Source: a virus (Duplodnaviria > Caudoviricetes). Taken from it: a DNA stretch of 64,000 nt. This document shows positions 49,301 to 56,912 of this stretch, piece after piece (the stretch's first letter is position 1; the number at the start of each line of letters is the position of its first letter). The DNA is taken from the IMG/VR virus record IMGVR_UViG_3300032138_000942, positions 59,129 to 123,128 of that record. The stretch is one strand, 5' to 3'. The translations under genes and the position numbers were made by a program. The notes under the pieces were generated by a model that was not told the DNA's origin, ran no database searches, and saw only the letters and a program-made list of their open reading frames with translations.

Positions 49301-50488
49301 TTGCAGTTTCAAGTTTTAGACATTAAAGACCAGTGTATCGGTGTGTATGTTGATGGCGACCTTCGTTATGACAGGCAGTGCCTCGACGGACTCCATCGAA
49401 CGTGGGGTTACGCCAATTTCTTGAGAGATTTAGATATTGAATATGCCAGCCTCTATTGTGGAGGGAAAACGCTGGAAGAGATGTGCCCAGATCACCTGAG
49501 AGATGACTGGGAGCCAGCGTTTAACAAGCTCAAGGCGTTCTATCGAGCAATTACGGAGGCCCGTATTGACCTCAATGAAAACTGTTTTTATGATCTGGTT
49601 CCAGAAAACTTCATCAAGGATTTCTGTGAGATTAAAGATAAGATAACCACCCATGTTTTTGAAACTCATGAGAGACCTGTCAATTATGATTTCCTGATAA
49701 ATCTTCAGGAGATTATCTCGGACATCAAAGTAAGGCCACTTCAGCTTAACTTTTCTAATTTCCGAAATAGAATCTTTCAACTTCAACACAAGAATTGGCA
49801 CGAGAAATTACGAAGTGGGCGACCTTATGTTGACTATAATATCTTCGGAACCAAAACAGGCAGGTTGACAACAAAGAAGTTCAGCTTTCCAGTCTTGACG
49901 ATGCCCAAAGAATATCGACAGATTGTTGAACCCACCAATCACTGGTTTCTGGAACTGGACTTTAATTCGGCGGAGATCCGAACGCTGCTCGCTCTTTCGG
50001 GTCTGGAACAACCTGAAGACGACATTCACGATTGGAATGTAAAGAACGTCTTTGGGGCCGGCACCACACGAAACGAGGCGAAGACAGCGATCTTTGCTTG
50101 GCTCTATAACCCCACAGCCAAAAGCGCCGCCGATAACTTTTACGACAAGAAAAAGTTGTTAAAAAAGTATTGGAATGGTGAACAAGTGGAGACGTTTTAT
50201 GGTAAAATAATACCTTCTGACGAACACCATGCTCTCAATTACATTATCCAGAGCACGACAAGTGACTTGTTTTTGAGAAGAATGATTGAGGTAAATAAAA
50301 TATTGGAGAGCAGCAAGTCACATATTGCTTTTTGTGTTCACGACAGTTTGATTATCGACTTACATGAGGACGACAAACATCTTGTTCCTGAGATCAAGAA
50401 GACCTTCTCAGAGACGGATTTAGGCGTTTTTAAGACCAACCTCTCAGCAGGAAAAAACTATGGACAACTTAAAGAATTAAAAATATGA
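49301..50488 (+). CDS. Family A DNA polymerase, polymerase domain only
   Basis: TTG start; 'GTKTGRLT', motif A 'LELDFNSAEIR', motif B 'RNEAKTAIFAWLY', 'NYIIQST', motif C 'VHDSLIID'; only 395 aa. Confidence 0.8.
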   Translation: MQFQVLDIKDQCIGVYVDGDLRYDRQCLDGLHRTWGYANFLRDLDIEYASLYCGGKTLEEMCPDHLRDDWEPAFNKLKAFYRAITEARIDLNENCFYDLVPENFIKDFCEIKDKITTHVFETHERPVNYDFLINLQEIISDIKVRPLQLNFSNFRNRIFQLQHKNWHEKLRSGRPYVDYNIFGTKTGRLTTKKFSFPVLTMPKEYRQIVEPTNHWFLELDFNSAEIRTLLALSGLEQPEDDIHDWNVKNVFGAGTTRNEAKTAIFAWLYNPTAKSAADNFYDKKKLLKKYWNGEQVETFYGKIIPSDEHHALNYIIQSTTSDLFLRRMIEVNKILESSKSHIAFCVHDSLIIDLHEDDKHLVPEIKKTFSETDLGVFKTNLSAGKNYGQLKELKI

Positions 50489-50796
50489 AAGTATATAATA
50501 AACTAGTGAGAGACAAGATCCCTCTAATAATGACAAAGGAGGGCAAGAAGTTCAAGACTCATATTGCCACAGACGAAGAATACAGAAAGAAACTGAAAGA
50601 TAAATTGCTTGAAGAGGTCAACGAATTCTTGGAAGATCCTTGTCTTGAAGAGTTGGCCGATATTGCCGAAGTTTTTGGAGCCTTAATTCCAGCACTCGGA
50701 TATACCTTCGATCAATTGGAAACAGAAGTTAATAAAAAGAAAAGAAAGAAAGGAGCTTTCCGGAAACGAGTGATTTTGGAAACGGTGGGTAAATAA
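50485..50796 (+). CDS. MazG-like NTP pyrophosphohydrolase (PRA-PH-like)
   Basis: 'YNKLVRDKIP', 'KLLEEVNEF', 'EELADIAEV'. Confidence 0.85.
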   Translation: MKVYNKLVRDKIPLIMTKEGKKFKTHIATDEEYRKKLKDKLLEEVNEFLEDPCLEELADIAEVFGALIPALGYTFDQLETEVNKKKRKKGAFRKRVILETVGK

Positions 50797-50797
50797 A

Positions 50798-51670
50798 GTG
50801 GACACCATTATTGGCTTAGGGCAAGCGGGCTGTAGTATCGCTGATAAATTCAGCGAACATAAACAATATAAGATTTATAAGATCGATGTTGGCTTGAAAG
50901 GACTTAAAAAGAATGGCATTTATGACATGCATTGGCAAGACGGACCAGAGAGATATGAATCCCAGTGTCCTAACCTAGCGAATTTCTTTAAGAATTGCCC
51001 CGGAGAGGTCTTGTTCGTGCTTGGGGGTGGTGGAGATATATCAGGAGCCGCTCTGGCCGTCTTAGAGCACCTGAGGGGCCTTAAAATCAATGTCATGTAT
51101 ATTAGGCCAGATGTGAATCTTTTGCCCGAGCGAAAGAAAAAACAGGAGTGGGCAGTTTTTAACATTTTACAGGAGTATGCCCGGTCGGCAGTTTTTAAAA
51201 GATTGTGGCTCGTTGACAACACCAACGTCGAGAAAATCATCGGCAACGTTCCACTAATTGGATATTATGATAAGTTGAACGAGTTGATTGTGTCCACCTT
51301 TCATATGTTAAATGTTTATAATCACATCGATTCGGTCACCGACACCTTTTCAGATCCTTATAAGACTCATCGAATCTCGACTCTGGGGATAAGTGAGATG
51401 GAAAGCCTTCATCACAAGCTGTTTTTTCCGCTTTACAAAACCCTGGATTTAAGGTATTATTATGCTATCAATAAAAACCGTTTAGAGGAAGACGGTGAAT
51501 TATTTTCCAACATCAAAAACCAGGTGAAAGCTTCATTGACAGAAGAAACAAAGACAAGTTACGGCGTCTTTTCGACAGATTACGAAAATGATTACGTTTA
51601 CGTGGTGCCCTCAACGCCCTTTATCCAGCGTCAAAAAACAAATGATTCAATTCCTGAAGAAAGTTCTTGA
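50798..51670 (+). CDS. Tubulin/FtsZ-family protein (divergent)
   Basis: GTG start; N-terminal 'IIGLGQAGCSIAD', Gly-rich 'LGGGGDISG' at the signature-loop position, 'LVDN', 'YDKLNELI'. Confidence 0.7.
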   Translation: MDTIIGLGQAGCSIADKFSEHKQYKIYKIDVGLKGLKKNGIYDMHWQDGPERYESQCPNLANFFKNCPGEVLFVLGGGGDISGAALAVLEHLRGLKINVMYIRPDVNLLPERKKKQEWAVFNILQEYARSAVFKRLWLVDNTNVEKIIGNVPLIGYYDKLNELIVSTFHMLNVYNHIDSVTDTFSDPYKTHRISTLGISEMESLHHKLFFPLYKTLDLRYYYAINKNRLEEDGELFSNIKNQVKASLTEETKTSYGVFSTDYENDYVYVVPSTPFIQRQKTNDSIPEESS

Positions 51671-51695
51671 CAAACAAAATAATATTTGATATAGT
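51667..51695 (+). promoter_or_regulatory. Sigma70-type promoter TTGACA-17-TATAGT (with TG extension)
   Basis: -35 at 51667-51672, -10 at 51690-51695, upstream of the SSB gene. Confidence 0.75.
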
Positions 51696-51764
51696 ACATA
51701 TATATTCATTCAGCAAAGCGAATAGGAATCGTTTTGACTATAATTAAAAAAAAAGGAGAATTAC

Positions 51765-52529
51765 ATGAGTATTAACATTGATAGAATTAAGCAACGTTTA
51801 TCAAACTTGCAAAGTAGGGGAAATAAAAACTCCCAAGTATTTTGGAAGCCAAAGGACGGGGAAACGGTCATTCGTATTGTTCCCACTGAAGATGGCGATC
51901 CATTCCAAGATTTTTGGTTTCATTATAATGTGGGCACCACGCCTCCATTTTTGAGCCCAAAGAAGAACTTCGGTGAAGAGGACGCTCTTCAAGACTTCAT
52001 TCGTGAACTGTTTGACGAAGGAACCGAGGAGAGTGTAAAGATGGCCAAAAGCCTCCTTCCACGCCAACGTTTTTTCTCACCAGTACTCGTTCGTGGTGAA
52101 GAGCATCTCGGAGTTCGTATGTGGGGATATGGAAAGATGGCATATGAAGAACTGCTTAATCTTGTGCTGAATCCAGAGTATGGAGACATCACAGATGCCG
52201 AGATTGGAACCGATCTTGTAATCAAGTACGGCAAGCCAGCCGGGGCTCAGTTTCCTCAAACAACCATTACACCACGTCGGCGTTCTTCACCGCTGTGTGA
52301 AGACGGTCCAGACCGTTGTCGAGAACTGCTCGAAAGTGTTCCTGACGTCTCTGCTCTCTTTGAGCGTAAGACCCCAGAACAAGTCGCCCAGATTCTTGAC
52401 GAATTCCTTTCGGGGGATAAGTCGGCAGAAAGCCGTTCCACTGAAACTCAAAAGTATGGCTCAGGCGATACTGATAAGGGTGGAACAACGGATGTTGAAT
52501 CTGCTTTCAAGGACCTGATGGATAACTAA
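51765..52529 (+). CDS. Single-stranded DNA-binding protein (T4 gp32-like)
   Basis: 'FWKPKDGETVIRIVP', 'WFHY', 'MWGYGK', 'DITD..GTDL', acidic tail ending 'AFKDLMDN'. Confidence 0.8.
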   Translation: MSINIDRIKQRLSNLQSRGNKNSQVFWKPKDGETVIRIVPTEDGDPFQDFWFHYNVGTTPPFLSPKKNFGEEDALQDFIRELFDEGTEESVKMAKSLLPRQRFFSPVLVRGEEHLGVRMWGYGKMAYEELLNLVLNPEYGDITDAEIGTDLVIKYGKPAGAQFPQTTITPRRRSSPLCEDGPDRCRELLESVPDVSALFERKTPEQVAQILDEFLSGDKSAESRSTETQKYGSGDTDKGGTTDVESAFKDLMDN

Positions 52530-52600
52530 ATTCATCACCCACAGGGAGGCACAGGGTTATCAGGTGTCTCAAATTTACTTACTAACAATGGAGAAACAAT

Positions 52601-53053
52601 ATGAGTAAAGCAATAAATGGAAATACAGTGAGGGTTCATTATAAGGGAACGTTGGAAGACGGAACAGTCTTTGACAGTTCTCACGAGAGAGGAGAGACTT
52701 TAGACTTTGAATTGGGGACAGAAGCAATGCTCCCTGGATTTCAAACTAAGATTGTGGGAATGGAGGTTGGTGAGACAAAAAGCTTTGTCCTTACCGCCAC
52801 AGAGGCTTATGGAGAACCCGTAGCCGAAGCCGTTATTCCCGTGCCAAAGGCCGCTTTCCCCGAAGACTTTGAGTTTGAGGTCGGAACCGAAGTCCAAGGG
52901 ACGTCACCAGCAGGAGAAATGGTCCGAGCCACGATTACGGAGGTTGAGGACGAAACAGTTTTGTTAGACCACAACCATCCACTTTCGGGAAAAGACTTGA
53001 ATTTTGAAGTGGAACTGGTGGAGATTCAAGAAGTCACCACTGATACTGAATAG
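52601..53053 (+). CDS. FKBP-type peptidyl-prolyl isomerase (SlyD/FkpB-like with insert-in-flap domain)
   Basis: 'VRVHYKGTLEDGTVFDSS', 'EAYG', 'LDHNHPLSGKDLNFEVEL'. Confidence 0.92.
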   Translation: MSKAINGNTVRVHYKGTLEDGTVFDSSHERGETLDFELGTEAMLPGFQTKIVGMEVGETKSFVLTATEAYGEPVAEAVIPVPKAAFPEDFEFEVGTEVQGTSPAGEMVRATITEVEDETVLLDHNHPLSGKDLNFEVELVEIQEVTTDTE

Positions 53054-53061
53054 AGGAAGTT

Positions 53062-54168
53062 ATGACAAAAAAGCAAAAGGCAGGGCGACTCTCAATCGAA
53101 GATATGAGAGGGATGATCAACAAGAAGGCAGGAACTTCAGTTGCTCATAATTTAAAGGAAGACAACCCAACTCAGGTTAAAGAGTGGATTCCCACAGGTT
53201 CTCGATGGTTAGATTCGATCATCTGTCGAGGACACTTAGGTGGGATACCGGTGGGGAAAATTGCTGAAATTGCAGGACTTGAATCCTCGGGCAAAAGCTA
53301 TATGGCCGCCCAGGTCGCTGCTAATGCTCAAAAGATGGGCGTTGATGTAGTATACTTTGATTCAGAATCAGCCATTGATCCCACGTTCCTCGAACGAGCG
53401 GGCTGTGATGTTGAACGACTTCTATATGTCCAGGCTCAATCAGTTGAGTTTGTTCTCGAGACCATCGAGGATCTCCTTGGAAGTAACGACAGTCAGATGT
53501 TGTTCATTTGGGACAGTCTAGCTTTAACACCGGCCATTAGCGATGTCCAGGGAGATTTTAATCCCCTTTCATCGATGGCAGTAAAGGCTCGTATTCTGGC
53601 AAAGGGCATGAGCAAACTAACAGTCCCGATTGCCAATAGCCAATCGACTTTTCTAGTTCTAAATCAATTAAAGACCAACATTACCCGCTCACCTTCTCAG
53701 GCTCTGGTCGAACCATATATGACACCTGGGGGAAAGGCTTTGATTTATGCCTACTCTCTTCGTATTTGGCTTACTGGCCGAAAAGCTAAAGCTTCTTTCA
53801 TCACTGATGACCGAGGTTTCCGTGTCGGGTCCGAAGTAAAGGCAACTCTAAAAAAGAGTCGTTTCGGGACCCAAGGTCGCCAATGTACATTTAAAATTCT
53901 CTGGGGAGATGACATTGGAGTTCAGGATGAAGAGAGTTGGTTCGAGGCAATTAAAACCTCCAAGTATCTGAAGTCTTCTGGAGCATGGTATTCCATGGAT
54001 ATGGGTGACGGCACAGAGGTTAAATTTCAACCTTCCAAGTGGAAAGACAAGATGGCTGATGAAACTTTCAGGAGCCGAGTTCTAAATATTATGGACGAAG
54101 AGGTTATCCTTAAGTTCGACAAACGTGAAGGAGATGCATCGGAATTTTATGACATTGAGGAGGCGTAA
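53062..54168 (+). CDS. recA: RecA/UvsX-like recombinase
   Basis: 'IPTGS..LD', Walker A 'GLESSGKS', 'FDSE', 'WDSL', 'LNQ', 'TPGGKAL', 'GAWY'. Confidence 0.92.
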   Translation: MTKKQKAGRLSIEDMRGMINKKAGTSVAHNLKEDNPTQVKEWIPTGSRWLDSIICRGHLGGIPVGKIAEIAGLESSGKSYMAAQVAANAQKMGVDVVYFDSESAIDPTFLERAGCDVERLLYVQAQSVEFVLETIEDLLGSNDSQMLFIWDSLALTPAISDVQGDFNPLSSMAVKARILAKGMSKLTVPIANSQSTFLVLNQLKTNITRSPSQALVEPYMTPGGKALIYAYSLRIWLTGRKAKASFITDDRGFRVGSEVKATLKKSRFGTQGRQCTFKILWGDDIGVQDEESWFEAIKTSKYLKSSGAWYSMDMGDGTEVKFQPSKWKDKMADETFRSRVLNIMDEEVILKFDKREGDASEFYDIEEA

Positions 54169-54184
54169 TCATATTTATTATAAT

Positions 54185-54697
54185 ATGATTGACAATCAGA
54201 AAATACTTCTTTTAAATTCTGATTATCGAGCCCTCAATTTTGTAACATGGAACCGAGCACTTAAATTACTTATCAAAGGAAAGGTCGACGTGGTTTCGGA
54301 GTGGGAAGGAAAAGCAATAAGGTCAGTATCTGGAGCGATCCAACTGCCAGCAACCCTTCGCCTTCGTAATCACGTCAGGTTTTTTCGTAAAAATATTATA
54401 TTTTCAAAGTCCATGGTAAAAAAGAGAGACCATTACACTTGTCAATATTGTGGATCATCGCCAGCAAAAGCCCAAACCACTATTGACCATGTGATCCCCG
54501 TTTCTAAAGGCGGCCAATCATCATATGAAAATTGTGTTACGGCTTGTTATAGATGCAACAATAAAAAGAATGACCGACTCTTGTCCCAAATTGGGATGAG
54601 ACTTATCACAAGGCCTTCGAAGCCTTGTTATGATATTTATTATGGTTTAACCCCTTCCAGCGAGAGACACCCTGACTGGCACATGTTCTTAAAGTGA
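54185..54697 (+). CDS. HNH endonuclease
   Basis: 'LLLNSDY', 'RDHYTCQYCG', 'TIDHVIPVSKGG..SYENCVTACYRCNNKK'. Confidence 0.9.
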   Translation: MIDNQKILLLNSDYRALNFVTWNRALKLLIKGKVDVVSEWEGKAIRSVSGAIQLPATLRLRNHVRFFRKNIIFSKSMVKKRDHYTCQYCGSSPAKAQTTIDHVIPVSKGGQSSYENCVTACYRCNNKKNDRLLSQIGMRLITRPSKPCYDIYYGLTPSSERHPDWHMFLK

Positions 54698-55128
54698 TCA
54701 TTGTTTTAAAAATAGCGCTGGGGTTGATCGCTGCTAATTTTTATGAATGGGCGATTCACAAATATGTTCTTCACATGGTGGGCAAACGTAAAAATAGTTT
54801 TTGGAAATTCCACTGGAGTGATCACCACAGTCAGTGTCGGAAGAATAACAACCACGACACGACCGTTTATAAAAAAGAGTTGTTGGCTTTATCGCTTCTT
54901 GTGCTCTTTCACTTGCCCCTGCTTTATGTGGATATTATTTTCTTGACAACCGTTGTGAGCTATGCTATATTATATTATACCATCCATCGATATGCTCACA
55001 CCCACCCTCAGTGGGGCAAAGAACATTTAAGATGGCACTGGGATCACCACATGGGAAAGAATCAAGATGCTAATTGGTGTATCTTGTTCCCGATGTGGGA
55101 TCATATTTTAAACACAAGAGAAAAATGA
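54694..55128 (+). CDS. Fatty acid hydroxylase/sterol desaturase family membrane protein
   Basis: His boxes HKYVLH, HWSDHH, HRYAH, HWDHH; TM segments; 'NWCILFPMWDHIL'. Confidence 0.8.
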   Translation: MIIVLKIALGLIAANFYEWAIHKYVLHMVGKRKNSFWKFHWSDHHSQCRKNNNHDTTVYKKELLALSLLVLFHLPLLYVDIIFLTTVVSYAILYYTIHRYAHTHPQWGKEHLRWHWDHHMGKNQDANWCILFPMWDHILNTREK

Positions 55129-56096
55129 AAACAAAAAGATATTTGGTTATCGACGCCTTGAACATGTACTTTAGAGCGTATATCGTCGACCCGTCCTTAT
55201 CGAGCCACGGACAACCCATCGGAGGAACAAAAGGGTTCCTTAAGATTTTACAGAAACTAATGAGAGAGACCCGACCAGATGCTGTCGTTGTTGTGTGGGA
55301 TGGCCCCGGCGGCTCACAGCGGAAGAAAATCGTGAACAAGGGATATAAAGACGGCAGGAAGCCTCTTCGCCTTAACCGAGGCATCCAAGGGATGCTGAAT
55401 GAGAATCAAGAGCTTGAGAATAAAATCTGGCAACAGACAAGATTGGTGGAGTATCTTAATCATCTCCCGGTGGCACAAGTGATGCTCCCCGGTATAGAGG
55501 CCGACGACGTGATCGCTTATATTGTGGGCCTCCCCACCATGAAAGAGCACCAGAAGATAATTGTCTCCAGTGACAAAGACTATATTCAGCTATGTGATGA
55601 TTCCACAGTCCTGTTTAGGCCAGTTCAGAAGGAAGTCCTTAATAAGAACAAAATTTTAGAGCGTTACGATATTCACCCCGCCAACTTCGCTTTGGCCCGA
55701 GCCATTGCTGGAGATAAAAGTGATAATCTGCCAGGTGTCCCCGGCGTTGGACTCAAGGGACTAGCTAAAAAAATGACATTCTTGGCCACCGAAGAGGGGA
55801 TTACTGTGGATGACATTGTAGACTTCTGTAAAGACAACTCCGACTCCAAATTAAAAATCTATCACAGCATTTTAGAGAACGTGAATGTTATTAGAGACAA
55901 TTACAAAATAATGCAGCTTTATTCTCCGAGCATTCCCATCGACGGGAAGAAAACAGTTCGAGACAGCCTTTATCAGTTTGACTGTGGCTTCAATAAAACA
56001 GAGGTCATTAAAATGATGAATGAGGATGGCTTCGGGGCGTTTGACTGGACATCTCTGTGGCAGATCTCTCAGCATTTAATATTTGAGAATTGCTGA
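55125..56096 (+). CDS. 5'-3' exonuclease / flap endonuclease (T4 RNase H-like)
   Basis: 'LVIDALN', 'VVWDG', 'YKDGR', 'EADDVI', 'SSDKD', 'GDKSDNLPGVPGVG'. Confidence 0.92.
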   Translation: MKTKRYLVIDALNMYFRAYIVDPSLSSHGQPIGGTKGFLKILQKLMRETRPDAVVVVWDGPGGSQRKKIVNKGYKDGRKPLRLNRGIQGMLNENQELENKIWQQTRLVEYLNHLPVAQVMLPGIEADDVIAYIVGLPTMKEHQKIIVSSDKDYIQLCDDSTVLFRPVQKEVLNKNKILERYDIHPANFALARAIAGDKSDNLPGVPGVGLKGLAKKMTFLATEEGITVDDIVDFCKDNSDSKLKIYHSILENVNVIRDNYKIMQLYSPSIPIDGKKTVRDSLYQFDCGFNKTEVIKMMNEDGFGAFDWTSLWQISQHLIFENC

Positions 56097-56116
56097 GAAA
56101 TTAACTATTTAAGAAC

Positions 56117-56797
56117 ATGAGTGATATGAAAGACATAATGAACACCTGGAGAAAAACTATCGATACAATTAATGAAACCACTTACAGTAGAATCCTCAAA
56201 AAAATCGAGGATATGAAGGTTCCATTTGTTGTGATCTCTGGCGATAGGCACGAACATTCCAGAAACCAAAACAACAAGAGAAACAAAAACCTGAAACAAG
56301 CCATCAAGACAAGCGGATATCCTTTCGCTGATCTGGAGGGGTCTTGGGTTGAGAAGGGCGAGGATGGAGAGCCCGTTAGAGTAATAGAAAAGTCAGTGAT
56401 CGTTTATGACGAACCACGAGGCGAATCAGATGAGGGCGAGAGAAAAGAACTCTTCGAACTGGGAAAGGATCTTTCCGAACTTTATGAGCAAGACGCTTTT
56501 ATTTTTGGAGAACCAGGAGCGAAGACTAACCGAATGCATATTAATGCTTACGACGGCAACGGAAATGCTGTGGAATACGGTGGACCCTGGTCAACCCTGG
56601 AGAAGATTCCCAATGACTCTGACTTCTGGTCCAGAGTTAGAGGGACGACCTTTGTTTTCAAAGAAGAAGGTCAGAAAGATATTTTGGAGGTCGAAGCACC
56701 GAACTCTTTTATTGAAGCGCTATGTAAGGCTAACGAGCATAAGGGCAAGAATTTTATATTTGTCAGAAAAAATAAATCAGACCTTGACAATTCATAA
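56117..56797 (+). CDS. Hypothetical protein, apparently late-expressed
   Basis: 226 aa; ACTATTTA at 56104-56111; N-terminal 'MKDIMNTWRKTIDTINE'. Confidence 0.7.
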   Translation: MSDMKDIMNTWRKTIDTINETTYSRILKKIEDMKVPFVVISGDRHEHSRNQNNKRNKNLKQAIKTSGYPFADLEGSWVEKGEDGEPVRVIEKSVIVYDEPRGESDEGERKELFELGKDLSELYEQDAFIFGEPGAKTNRMHINAYDGNGNAVEYGGPWSTLEKIPNDSDFWSRVRGTTFVFKEEGQKDILEVEAPNSFIEALCKANEHKGKNFIFVRKNKSDLDNS

Positions 56798-56812
56798 TTT
56801 TTTTGTTAATAT
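56784..56812 (+). promoter_or_regulatory. Sigma70-type promoter TTGACA-17-TAATAT (with TG extension) driving the tRNA
   Basis: -35 at 56784-56789, -10 at 56807-56812, 10 nt before the tRNA. Confidence 0.65.
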
Positions 56813-56821
56813 AAACACAAC

Positions 56822-56894
56822 ACGCCTTTAGCTCAGTGGTAAGAGCGCTCGTCTTATAAGCGAGTAGTCCTGGGTTCAACTCCCAGAAGGCGTA
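56822..56894 (+). tRNA. tRNA-Ile, anticodon UAU (CCA not encoded)
   Basis: Acceptor stem ACGCCTT/AAGGCGT, D-arm GCTC..GAGC, anticodon stem CTCGT/GCGAG with loop CT-TAT-AA (56855-57), T-arm CTGGG-TTCAACT-CCCAG. Confidence 0.92.
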
Positions 56895-56912
56895 CTATTT
56901 TAAGGAGTTAAT

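Noticed and set aside
51722-51741. Pseudoknot in the SSB 5' leader (loop ATAG with downstream CTAT)
   Set aside because: Only 1 nt links the stems, too short to span an 8-bp helix; retained only as a simple hairpin.
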